Program-made: the position numbers and the translations under genes | From: Octopus vulgaris | Taxonomy: Eukaryota | Direction of reading: 5' to 3' | Assembly: GCA_951406725.2 (NCBI GenBank) | Contig: OX597834.1 | Span: 13,268,001 to 13,332,000, forward strand | DNA: 64,000 nucleotides | Notes under the pieces: model-generated | What the model saw: only the letters and a program-made list of their open reading frames with translations | Told to the model about the DNA's origin: nothing | Databases searched by the model: none | Shown: in pieces, positions 43,146 through 56,798 of the stretch | Position numbering within the stretch: the stretch's first letter is position 1 | Layout: each line of letters opens with the position of its first letter

Positions 43146-43492
43146 CAGGAACAGCGGCTGTGCTAGTAGTGATGGTATTGGCGAGCTGGCAGAGTCCTTA
43201 GCACAGCAGCGAAATGCTTCGTGGTATTTCGGCCATATTCACGGCCTTGTACCAAAATTTGAAACCCTTAATATTAAAGTTTGCGATAATCGTTTTATGA
43301 TAAAGTAAAAGTAAAACAAAATAAAAAAAAAACATATATGATTAATACTAAGTTAGGGATAAATTTCAGATAACGTCAGACTTAGCAAAATTACAGATTC
43401 GCCTGAGGGGCTGAAATAATACATTATTCTAGTATTCACCTATTAAATGACCTGTTTTTATCAAATGGCATTAGTAGCATAAATAACAGAGG

Positions 43493-44120
<628 letters not shown>

Positions 44121-44398
44121 TCAGGATCAGGTGCAACGGTCTTATGGGATTCGGTGGTAGTCGGTGCAACAGCAAAATAATTAATATTGATAACAGGAGG
44201 TAAAGTGCAGCTGTAGCATCAACATCAGTATCGACTATTATTAGTAAGAGAAGTTTACATATTAATAATCGTACTAATGACCTTGATTATTTAGTAATGA
44301 AAGCCACTAGTAAAATTATCTCTATCAATGGTACTGAGACGTCCTACGAAATAATATGCGAGACGTAGCAGAGATTACGTGTGAAATATGAATTCAGT

Positions 44399-44559
44399 GC
44401 GTAGAAGTGGCTGTGTGGTAAGTAGCTTGCTTACGAACCACATGGTTCCGGGTTCAGTCCCACTGCGTGACACCATGTGCAAGTGTATTCAACTATAACC
44501 TCGGGCCGACCAAAGCCTTGTGAGTGGATTTGGTAGACGGAAACTGAAAGAAGTCCGTC

Positions 44560-44640
<81 letters not shown>

Positions 44641-44858
44641 AGTATGTTTCTGTGTTTGACCCCCCAACATCGCTTGACAACCGATGCTGGTGTGTTTACG
44701 TCCCCGTAACATAGCGGTTCGGCAAAAGAGACCGATGGAATAAGTACTAAGCTTACAAAGAATAAGTCCTGGGGTCGATTTGCTCGACTAAAGGCGGTGC
44801 TCCAGCATGGCCGCAGTCAACCGACTGAAACAAGTAAAAGAGAAAGAGAAAGAGAATA
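44399..44858 (+). mobile_element. SINE family B, full length with expanded (TG)n
   Basis: Full match; internal TG tract of about 70 bp. Confidence 0.92.
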
Positions 44859-47800
44859 CGAAAGGGAAGAAGATACACATTCCAAGTGAAAGACATTTTA
44901 AACTGGAAAGGTTCCTGAGATAAACACGTCGGGGTTGTTGGAGGCATGACACGTTATGGGTGCGAAGAAAGGAGAAGAGATGGTTGTTAAATGGAGCAGT
45001 AAAGAGGTTTCGATAATGGGAGTGTGGTGATGGTGGGAGGAACTCATCACTAATGCCAGTAGATTAAAACTAATTATCAAGAGTAGAATGTGCATGTATA
45101 TATATATATATATAGAAGGACTCTGAAATAACAATAGAGAAAATATCTTCCAACTTTAATATGAACTGAAATGTTCCTAGCAGATTTCATTTGCTTTGGT
45201 CAAAAATAATATATTAAATGAAATCTCTTCTTTGCAGAGGAGAGTTCTTACCGGAGAATTGAATGAAATATTTCAGTAAAGCTTATGAACACTACATCTT
45301 TTCATTTCCGTATGTTGTTGACTGAAGCATTACACTGTCCCGTAGTCATGTCTGTAATATTATTCGAGAGGTTGTTGAAACTTTCGTGGATTTAGGTAAA
45401 ATAAACTACAGGAGAATACGTTATGATTCTATCCAATATATTTCCTTCCCAGACTCAAGTACATAGTGCAGCTCCTCTTTAGTTTTTCTAAGCACAAGTA
45501 AGTTTAGGCCTCCAGCAAGAGCTTTCGTGATATCCGTAAAGCCACCCACATAATTTTAAAATGAAAACGAATATATTCAAATATGCCATTAGCTTTTAAA
45601 TCCACGGACACATATAAAAACGTATCAAGTAGATACAAACTCAATATATAATTATATTCAATAACTCAGAAAGGAGCTGATACCATTATATACAGGCGAA
45701 GCCGTCGTCAAGTGAATCGAGCTAGCTGCGTCTCGTTAGACCCTAAGTCAATTCGAATCACTAAAGGAGAGAATACAGAATCCATTGAAAGAATAAAATA
45801 ATTGTAAATGATTTTTCCCGAGTAAGCAACCCACGCACGAATTAAAGATAAGCCTTGATGCAGTTAACAAACAAAATTATTATAAGAAACTGACGAGGAA
45901 CGGAAACGTTGCAATCAAAAATATCTCCTCCATACAATTAAGTCTAAATTATCTGAATACAGTCAAATGATGTACGCCTCAGCAAAAGCAATTGAGTCAA
46001 AGCGTACGATCGATAAAAAGGTAAGTAGACTTGCACTGCGCAGAGAATAAACCAAATTAAGAGAAAAATTTCGAAAATCAAATAGAAATAATGAGAACAG
46101 AAATATCGTTCGGTGAAGAATTTAATACGAAAAGAGAATTGCAAATAAGCTATGGAAACTGATGAAAAGTATTGGCTGTATAAGACAGAAAATATATCAC
46201 CAGTCAAAGATTCAAGTGGGAAATGGTGGTCAAGTTTGGACGCTTGAGAATGTGAGGATAACAGAGGATATTTTTTTCTTTTAGGCAAAACAAAATATAA
46301 AAATAAAAGACAAAAATATTTAGTGAGAGGACGAAAAATGACTAAAAAAATATTCATGAGAATTCATGAGATTCAGCAATGCTGCTCTTGCTGTTGCTGT
46401 TGAGCGAACGGTCTTCGTCCCAGAGCTTACAAGATGGGAGGAGTCCGAAACGCGGTCCTTTTGGTATTCGTAAGACTCGCAGATGAGAAAGCAGGTCAAC
46501 CCCCGACACCGAGAGCATCGACGGATGGATGAATGCGCATCCAGGCTCAGCGGTTGCCTTAGGAAGTCTGGGGAGCAATGCTGGTGGAAAATGGAGCGTG
46601 GTTGAAAGGCCAAAAGAAAAGTACTGAAAAATAAAGAATTAGATAACGGACCAAAGCGAGCAAAATATAAGAATTAAATAATTCAATGAAGATTTTGGAG
46701 ACCCTTATATGGGAAAGCACATGTTTAATTATGTATACTATCGTTTATCCATTAAATTAAGCACTCACAGACAAATTATATTTGAGGTTTGTTTCAGGTA
46801 TGTTGGTTAATTGCAGACAAAGTCGAGATGCTGTTTACTATGTCATTCTGTTGAAGCATTGCAACTGCGCCAATAGAAGATATCAGGTTTAATAAATAAA
46901 TAAACGAATAAATGGCAATATAATTAAATAGAAGCTTTTTCAAATTATGTTTATTTCACTTGATCGTCACTGATACAACATTGCAATGTATAAATTAAAC
47001 GTATAGAAATCTAGAAATAAATGTGACTAATTTTTTAAATTGCACGGATTCTGCTGGTACAAGATGTATGTCAAAAAATACTTCAAACAACGCTTCGAAA
47101 GACGCGAATTCAGTAAAGTCTTAAGCTTGAATAATCTGCACAATACAACGCAGATTCTCCAAGTAATAAGATTAAATCGTTAATATGATTAAATAGATAA
47201 GGCATAAGAAAAACAAGAGCGTAACATTTCGGTAACAGAACCTACGAGAATGCGATATACGCATTACAAAACTAAATTGCAACAAGGAAAAACAAAAAGA
47301 TGCAAAACACTGAAATATATATTCTCTGAGTCAGAATTGGAAATTACATTTATGTGAAGATTGTATTTTAAAAGTACATTGTGGAAGATTGTTGATCCGT
47401 ATTTCCGTATGTTATACTTTGATTTGTATGTAGAGACATGAACGAGAAATCTCCATGTTGCATTAACAGAAAATCTAAGCACATACCCGTTACTGATTCT
47501 ATATATTGCATTTTACAACTGTGGTGTTTCTTTGGCATAATTTTACTTCACCTACGATAAATAATGGTTTCAAATTTTGGTACAAAGCAAGGTATGCCGA
47601 TTGCATGGACGCAACTACTCAACTTGTATTTAATTCATTGACCCCCGAAAGATGAAAGGCAAATTCAACCTCGATGGAATATATACGATTACTATTGAAT
47701 ACATTGGTAAGGAAACAAGCTGACATAATCCTTAATACGCCAGATACAAGGATTATCGTCATTTTGTCTCTCCTGTCTTTAAGCGTTTACGTACAAATTC

Positions 47801-47971
47801 CGTCGAGGTCGACATAACCCACATTCGAACATACTGGCGTTGTGGCCAACTTTGAAAGCAATATATGCATGGGAAAAAATGGCGAGTAGCTAGCAGAACC
47901 ATTAGGACCCTGGGAGAAATGAAGCTAATCGTTTTGTCCTAACGATTCTGTCCGCTACCCACCCTTATTTC

Positions 47972-49072
47972 TCTAGGTTCATCTTACATACAACACTATT
48001 GCATTCCGTACAGGGGGACTTACCAAATGTATAGGCATTGCAGAGCAGGGATTTTAAAGGGGCACGTGCCTCTCCATTACTAAAAAAAAAACCAGTAATT
48101 AATTGCTTTCTAAACAGTTATTAAATGCTTTTGAGCTGTAAGTATTATGTTTACTATTAATCAACAGACAACAGAAGTATCATAAACGAAGTTGTTCATA
48201 AAATACAATAGTTACGATAGCAACACCCTGAAACATATGCAGGTAATACATGGAAAAATACATTACGAATTCAGAAACTCAATATTAACAATCTCATATG
48301 TGTTGCTATATCCAATTAATGGTATGAGAACAGAAGTCAGTGCTCTTATACTTAATTTGGAACAAAAATAATTCATAACATTACAGCTGAGGAGACACAA
48401 TACTTTTACAATAAATAGCGTAATACTTTTACAATAACTCACGTCTGTATCTTTGCAGACGTGTCTGTTGAAGTGTCTCCAATAGCTGTCTGCGTGTATA
48501 TATATTGCTGTCTCCCTTATCTACATTCCTAAGCAATTTGACAAACGCAGATCAATGTTCTATTGACTATTTATCTGTCAGTCCACCAAATGAGATCAAA
48601 TAAATTTAGGAAAGTAAAGAGTTTATCAAATTTTATCAGTTCCATAGACCAATATCGAGAATTGCAATGTTCTGTGTACAAAGTACTGAAGCAAATCACA
48701 GTATACTGCGCCATATAAATTTAATAAAATAAGTCTAGAATATTAGAGTGTGTGTTGAAAACAGGGAATATGAAGTTATACAACTGAAGGTTATGGTGTA
48801 CGCACGATATTTACCAAACACAGAAGAAATGTGAGAAATATGGAAGTATAAATATCAAGGGGCAAACAGTTTGGATATGACATTGGTAAAACAAGAACAT
48901 AATACTTACAGCTCAAAAGCATTTAATAACTGTTTAGAAAGTAATTAAGTACTGTTTTTTTTAGTAATGGAGAGGCACGTTCCCCTTTAAAATCCCTGAT
49001 CTGCAATGCCTATACCATTGGTAAGTCCCCCTGTACGGAATGCAATAGTGTTGTATGTAAGATGAACCTAGA
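47972..49072. mobile_element. 1.1-kb non-coding element with ~180-bp terminal inverted repeats
   Basis: 47972-48151 is the reverse complement of 48896-49072 with few differences; ends TCTAGGTTCATC...GATGAACCTAGA. Confidence 0.85.
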
Positions 49073-49651
49073 CGTTAACTGTAAAATTAGGAAACTAGTG
49101 AATAGCTTATGATGTACTGAGGGACTGTGCACAAACGTGATAGCTACCTAATTTGGAGAGACTGCACGTAGCATAGGAGAGTGTATAGGTGGCCATTGGC
49201 GGGAATTGAAAGAAGGGAAAATCTCGTCAGTGCTCCACGAACATGCTCAGGCTGAAAATGCCTTCGAAATAAACGAGGCTAATGATAACTGACACATACT
49301 AGCAAAATATGAAGCACTACCCTTATAGTACGAAAAGAAATTTGAGACGAAAACGTTTGAATACACATAACTCCGTGTGTGCGTTTGTGCGCGTGTGTGC
49401 GCGTGTATGCGTGCATGTGTGTGTGTGTGTGTTCGTATTTGTGTCTGTGTATATGTGTGCGGGTTTATGTGTGTTTGTCATTGTCAGTGTTAGTATTCTG
49501 TATGTATATGCCTATTTATGCGGCACCAGATTAATCATTATCATACAGAATTACTCTCGAAGATGGGAATAATGAGCGATAGTCGCAATAAATGGTAGAA
49601 GAGCCTTTTCATGAGCGCACGCAGAACTGTTCCACATGAACAAACTTAAAG

Positions 49652-49711
<60 letters not shown>

Positions 49712-49730
49712 AATAAATATTAATAATAAT

Positions 49731-50046
49731 AAATATTAGGGAATAAATCCAAATTTACAGGGAAAAAAATCAGGTTTAGGATTAAATCCAATTTTATAGT
49801 AAAATATTATATAATATTAATTAGAGACAAAACCACTATTTTTGCAAAACAAACAAGGAAAGACTTAATCAATACATAAAATTTTAATAAAAAGTAAAAA
49901 AAAACCGCCACTACAATTGTTTCATGTCTTGATCGACAATCTTCAGGTGGATTTCCGATTTTCAAGTCAGTTTCAAATTATTAAAATTTTATGTATTGAT
50001 TAAGTCTTTCCTTGTTTGTTTTGCAAAATAGTGGTTTTGTCTCTAA

Positions 50047-50059
<13 letters not shown>
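49731..50059 (-). mobile_element. Penelope-like terminal fragment with inverted duplication, inserted in (TA)n
   Basis: Inverted arms 49808-49890 / 49978-50059 enclose the hammerhead; left end AAATATTAGGGAATAAATCCAAA is shared with the element at 39848; TA tracts on both sides. Confidence 0.65.
49903..49960 (-). ncRNA. Type-I hammerhead ribozyme (Penelope-type, palindromic stem III)
   Basis: Minus strand reads AATCG-GAAAT-CCAC CTGAAGA T-TGTC-GATCAA-GACA-T GAAAC AATT GTA GTGG-CGGTT. Core intact, stem III palindrome ACAATTGT, bulged stem I; U-U mismatch at the base of stem II. Confidence 0.78.
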
Positions 50060-50117
<58 letters not shown>

Positions 50118-50121
<4 letters not shown>

Positions 50122-50246
50122 GTCCCAACAAAATGTATACACACCTTAAATAATTGTAAATTTGTTATTCTTTGTAAGCCTAGTACTTATTCTATCGTTC
50201 TCTTTTGCCGAACCACTATGTGCATACATTTTTGGGGGACAACCTG
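50118..50246. mobile_element. Tc1/mariner-type MITE remnant containing a SINE B fragment
   Basis: Inverted ends AGGTGTCCCAACAAAATGTATACAC / GTGCATACATTTTTGGGGGACAACCTG, TA-flanked. Confidence 0.55.
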
Positions 50247-50319
50247 TATATACGTATATATGTATGTGCCTGTACGTGTATGTATGTACGTATGTACACC
50301 GAAATAATTGGTGGTCTGT

Positions 50320-50878
50320 AAAGGAAAGAAAAAGGTCAATAAATACTTGCCACTACATTTTTAATCAACCAAGAATGAACCATTTTGTTGCACAATGCGT
50401 CTCCATCTTTCCTTTAACTTGAAAATATCCTCTTCCCAGAATTGAGGTGGTTTCATGGAAAAGAATTCATCAAGGTATCTTTTTACGTCACCCAAGGAAT
50501 TGAAATTTTTACCATTAAAACTATTCTGCAGAGACATGAATAAGTGGAAATCCGAAGGAGCAATATCTCGGGAAAATGGGTGCAATATCTCGGGGAAATG
50601 GACTGTGGGATAACACATCCTAGCCAAGCTGCAACCATTTTTGTCTGGTTCCCAAAGCATCAAGTGCCGAAAATGAACTTTCTGATATTCCATTTTACAG
50701 CGTTACAGAATTAACACAGGTTATAAGAATATTAGCCTTCTTCCACGAAAAGATAGCTTAAGCTGTGCTCTAAATGGAGGTGTAGACAAATCCTATTTTA
50801 TGGACTCAACCATGTTCTAAAATAAGTCGAAATGCAAGCTATTATACATCGGCACGAACTTTCCGGACAGCCCAATAT
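50320..50878 (-). mobile_element. Internally deleted mariner transposon
   Basis: TIR TATTGGGCTGTCCGGAAAGTTCGTGCCGAT at the right end; ORF fuses N-terminal MEYQKVHFRHLML to C-terminal SRDIAPSDFHLF...LKERWRRIVQQNG (YSPDLAPSD-like motif). Confidence 0.88.
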
Positions 50879-52124
50879 ATAGAAAGATAGACACAGACAG
50901 ACAGGTTGAAGAGAAGGTAATATATATGTATGTATAATGAATTATAACGAAAGTTGTAAAACCAGGAGACTAGCAACGTGCGATGAGTGTCCAAAACTGT
51001 GCAACTTTCTGTAGCAAAGACCATTGTAAACTTTATCATAGAGTATCGATAAATACCAAAAGAGATTCTAACCCTCATATAAATCAGAACTTACTTTCTT
51101 AGAACATGATATGGTTAAAATGTTACTGATATAACTTCAGATTAGAAAATTTGGGATGTTATTTGGTGGAATGCTCTTTTGATGTTAAATAACTAAAAAA
51201 GTTTAATAGAGGATGTTTAATCGCAAAGATGAAGTGCCGGAATATTTTCATAAAACAAAATAGAAGTGTCTTCCAAGTGCTTGAAAGATGAAAAACGGCC
51301 GCAACTCCAACGTACTTGACATACATTTTTCATGATATGCATCAACTGAACACGTCATTGCAATGTAATAAAGAAGATTTATTGATTTCAAGTGACACGT
51401 CACTCGGTTTAAAATACAAGTGGTCTTTGTAAAAATGTTGGTTTGTTGCAAAAATGAAATATTTGAATATATGAAACTAGTTGTTACTCTTAGATGTTAA
51501 GAAGCCTCTCGGTGAAATTTAAATAGCATTTAACGCTAAACGTCTCCTCATGCGTAGCCACACTCAAACTTCAAACAACTATATTTAAAAAAATATTATT
51601 TACTGAATGTAGCGTAGACAACTTCTGCTTAGGATATGATTTGAAAATTGCATTTGTACAGTTCTTTCTGGGAAATAGAAGGACGAGTTCCATACTTAGA
51701 CTCTGCGAGTCCGCACTAAGTGGATGCCAAATCATGCAAAAAGTCCCCCCACTAGGAAATTATCACATACGGAATAAAGGGCTAATCACATACGGAATAC
51801 AGAGAGATAGGTCCTGTAGCTTTAGGTCTTACTTTCTGTTAAGCACCAACAACAGTAAAGAAAACAAATATATACTGGAAGATTGTGTGAATAATTACAA
51901 CATGGCATTAAGAAAAAGAAATGCTGCCCAGCTCTTAACCATTTTACTTGTGGGTTATTCGAAAGAAACAAAGCATTAAATTTTGCAGATAAACACTTTA
52001 TTTTTCGAATTAAAGTTTAATCAAACGAGGTAAAGATATATTTTTTGATTACTCATTGGCGCGATACGTATCTTAATGTTTTTTTTTTCTCAAGGTTGTT
52101 GGAAATGCAAAAGAGAAATAGTAA

Positions 52125-53366
52125 TACTTTCTACTATAGGCACAACGCCTGAATTGTTAAGGGAAGAGGTCAGACGATGACATGGAACCCAGTACGCAAC
52201 TGGTACTTAATTTATCGACGCCGAAATGATGAAAGACAAAATTCGGCGGAATTTTTAACTTAGAAAACAGCGAGGGGCGAAATACCTATTTGTTTACTAC
52301 CCACAAGGGGCTAAGCACTGATAGGACAAATAAGGACAGACAAACGAATTATGTCGATTATATCGACCCCAGTGCGTAACTGGTACTTATTTAATCGACC
52401 CCGAAAGGATGAAAGGCAAAGTCGACCTCGGCGGAATTTGAACTCAGAACGTAGCGGCAGACGAAATACCTATTTCTTTACTACCCACAAGGGGCTAAGC
52501 ACAGAGAGGACAAACCAGGACAGACAAACGGATTAAGTCGATTATATCGACCCCAGTGCATAAACGGTACTTATTTAATCGACCCCGAAAGGTTGAAAGA
52601 CAAGGTCGACCTCGGCGGGATTTGAACTCAGAACATAGCGGCAGACGAAATACCGCTAAGCATTTCGTCCAGCGTGCAAATGATTCTTATTTCTTAATTG
52701 TCCACAATGGCCTAAACATAGAGGAGACAAACAAGGACAGACACATGGATTAAGTCGATTACGTCGACCCCACTGCGCAAATGGCAATTAATTTATCGAG
52801 TCTGAAATGATGAAAGGCAAAGTCGACCTCGGCGGAATTTGAATTCAGAACGTAAAGATAAAAGAAACACCACTAAGATTTTCATCCGGCGTACTACCAT
52901 TCCTTATTTCTTTATTGTTCACAAGGGGTTAAACATAGAGGGGACAAACAAGGACAGACACATGGATTATGTCGATTACATCGACCTCAGTGCGCAACTG
53001 GTATTTAAGGCGGTGAGCTGGCAGAAACGTTAGCGCGCCGGGCGAAATGCGTAGCCGTATTCGTCTGCCGTTACGTTGTGAGTTCAAATTCTGCCGAGGT
53101 CGGCTTTACCTTTCATCCTTTCGGGGTCGATAAATTAAGTACCAGTTACGCACTGGGGTCGATGTAATCGACTTAATACCTTTGTCTGTCCCCTCTATGT
53201 TTAGCCCCTTGTGGGTAATAAAGAAATAGGTATTTAATTTATCGACCCCGAAATGATAAAATGTGAAGTCGACATCGGCGGATTTGAACTCACAACGGAA
53301 AGATAAACGAAATACCCCAAAGCACTTCGCCCGGAGTGCTGATGTTTCTGCCAGTTCGCCGCCTTA
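52125..53366 (-). mobile_element. SINE family A, five-unit tandem array
   Basis: Unit junctions at about 52287, 52471, 52688 and 52905; only the rightmost unit keeps the 5' end (CGCCGCCTT at ~53365). Confidence 0.88.
53007..53228 (+). mobile_element. SINE family A, monomer nested antisense in the A array
   Basis: Interrupts the host unit; GGTATTTAA duplicated at 53000-53008 and 53229-53237. Confidence 0.9.
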
Positions 53367-53907
53367 GTAAGAATAGCAATATTAAAAGTAATATGCATAA
53401 GAGATTATTGAATTAGAATTCATATAAGCTATGTACATATTATCAATTTCAGCGTTTGTGCCGTAGTATAAATTCATACAACGGCATTTAGTACAATAAA
53501 TATCATACGTAAAACACTTTATTTCTTAACTTTATGCATTATATTTTCTAGAAGTAAAAGGAAAATTAAATTAAATTTTGTTTATTTTATGGACAATTTT
53601 CATTGATGATGTTATATTTAATATCGCCTAAACCTATACGATTAAATGTTATGTTGTTTAAAATTTGAGAGACGTGATCATTCCGCTAATCGCCTCTGGC
53701 AATGAATTCCATGCATAATCTAATAATACAGCTTGTGTTGAGAAATTATACTTCAGCTCAAAAGTAATGTTGTTAGCAAATACATGTTGTAGGTTTCTGT
53801 TTCTATGTTAGCAGAAACTCGTCTTAGATTGTACATTACGTCGAAGTTTCTACAAAATATTTTCGTTCATAGGCTCACAGATGCACTATCATTTGATTAT
53901 AATTCTG

Positions 53908-54263
53908 ATGGTTCCGGGTTCAGTCCCACTGCGTGGCACCTTGGGCTAGTGTCTTCTGCTATAGCCCCGGCCAGACCAAAGCATTGTGAGTGGATTTGGT
54001 AGACGGAAACTGAAAGAAGCCTTTCGTATATATATATATGTATGTATGTATGTGTGTGTCTGTGTTTGTCCCCCTAGCATTGCTTGACAACCGATGCTGG
54101 TGTGTTTACGTCCCCGTCACTTAGCAGTTCAGCAAAAAGAACCGATAGAATAAGTACTGGGCTTACAAAAGAATAAGTCCCGGGGTCGATTTGCTCGACT
54201 AAAGGCGGTGCTCCAGCATGGCCGCAGTGAAATGACTGAAACAAGTAAAAGAGAGTAAAGAAA
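53908..54263 (+). mobile_element. SINE family B, slightly 5'-truncated
   Basis: Starts at ATGGTTCCGGGTTCAGTCCC; intact tail. Confidence 0.9.
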
Positions 54264-54939
54264 GTATGCCTGCTGTTGAATAAAGACAGAGCAGATATTA
54301 AAGCATCAGTAAATGTCTGAACTTGAGTTTCTTATGACATCCAATTCAACTAATTGTACGAACGTATAATTAGAGATAATGCAATCCAGTCTTTTCCAGA
54401 GGTGTCTATTCATAAGAAAGTTTGGAAACATTTCTGAATAGTGAGATCCAGCAGATTTTATAACTTTCTTTCACTGCTCTATTTTCCCTCTCCTTTTACT
54501 TTTTTCTCTTTATTTCATTCCTCTGTTCCTGTTTTCAATTTAACCATACTAATGTACTCCCTATTTCTAGATCATTTTAAATACAAACCTTTGACTCTGC
54601 AACACTCTATATAAATTCCCTACTGGAAATACAGCCTTAGTTTTTAACTTATTACATAAAAAATTCTTATATACACACGCTGACATAGAACTAATGTTGA
54701 ACGCTTTATTCGCAATATTACCAAATGTGGAACTTAACTATGGTCTGTCTATAGCACTTATTCAGCATTACCTGACATCTTTGGGTCTCAGTGACACCAT
54801 TATCCCATATATATATATATATTATGTATGTGCGTGAGTATGTGTTTGGCTGTGGGTGTGTGCTTGTGAGTGTGTATGTATGCGTGTTTCTCTGAACATA
54901 TATTTACGCTTATGCATATGTACGTAAGTGTGTGCTGTG

Positions 54940-54985
<46 letters not shown>

Positions 54986-55088
54986 GTTTGCATGTGTCTG
55001 TAGATAGATAGATATAGATGTATACATATATATATACAAGTATATATATATGTATACATCTATATCTATCTATCTACAACACATGCAA

Positions 55089-55150
<62 letters not shown>

Positions 55151-55155
<5 letters not shown>

Positions 55156-55314
55156 GACAGGCTTCTTTCAGTTTCCGTCTACCAAATCCACTCATAAGGT
55201 TTTGGTCGGCCCGGGGCTATAACAGAAGACACTTGCCCAAGATGCTACGCAGTGGATCTGAACCCGGAATCATGTGGTTGGTTAGCAAGCTACTTACCAC
55301 ACAGCCACTCCTGC

Positions 55315-55318
<4 letters not shown>
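55151..55318 (-). mobile_element. SINE family B, 5' half
   Basis: Head and core between two (TA)n tracts. Confidence 0.88.
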
Positions 55319-55381
<63 letters not shown>

Positions 55382-55450
55382 TATATGTATATATGTATAT
55401 ACATATATATGTATACATCTATATCTATATATCTACAGACATATGCAAAC

Positions 55451-55492
<42 letters not shown>

Positions 55493-55587
55493 TATGTGTG
55501 TGTGTGTGTACATATATCATATATATATACATGCAATATATATATATATGTACATGTATATGTATATATATGTGTATATATATAAAC

Positions 55588-55627
<40 letters not shown>

Positions 55628-56470
55628 CGTATATATATATATACGTATGATATACGAGAGTTGGACAGCTGCCCACACTTAGATGATTAATTATTTGTCT
55701 GCTGGTTTCTTTGTTTCAATTCTCTTCTCAACTACAGTTGTCATTCATACAACAGTGACTTTACGAGGTGAGCTGCCTGTAGTAAAAATATCAACACCAT
55801 AATCAGTAGACAGAGTCACACATGTTTCGTTTATGTGTAGGAAACGTATAAATTTCGAATAGCGATCATTTACCAATCTATCTAATTTCTAATCACAATT
55901 TGTCATATTAAGTAATTCCTACACGTTTTCCACCCAAAAAAGAGTACAACGATCAATATATTTATATTTACCCATCGTTTTTATTATACCCTATGAGTAC
56001 AGCACTTATATAAGAGAAGTTGTGTGTGACGAGTTCACAAAGAAACATCAAAGTGAATCTAGAAAATATTGCTTACATATATATCAATTGAGATTAAATA
56101 CATATATTTTAGAAATATAATTTATAAAAATTAGTGATTTTGTTTCTTATGCAGACAGAAAATGAATAATCAATACGAATGTCTTTAATGTATAATTTCC
56201 CTTTCTATATTCATGACTATTAAATGATTGATTAAGGGAACACCTTTAAATATAATAGTAGACATCAAACGCAGATTATATATGCTTACATACACACATA
56301 CAAACGAACATACAAGCATGTGCACACGTACATATAGCACACGTACATATAGAAACACTTATATATTATATATATAAGTGTGTGTGTGTATCCATATATA
56401 TATATATATTCATATATCTATATATATATATATATATATATATACATACATACACATGTGTATCTGTCTA

Positions 56471-56548
<78 letters not shown>

Positions 56549-56743
56549 TAAACGTTTCCCTGAAACAAATTTAAAAGATGTAAGTATATATATATATGTG
56601 TTTGTGTGTGTGTGTGTATGTGTGTGTGTGTGCATGTAAATAAATAAATGAATGGTGTTAAATTAAGGCATTGTTCAAATACTTTTACTCCCAAGACAAC
56701 ATTGATATTACTCCATAACTATACATACACACACACACACACA

Positions 56744-56798
<55 letters not shown>

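Noticed and set aside
45362-45550. Possible mariner terminus
   Set aside because: Too decayed to define a TIR or coding motif by eye.
45890-45912. CTGACGAGGAACGGAAACGTT core-like match
   Set aside because: Neither stem I nor stem II can form.
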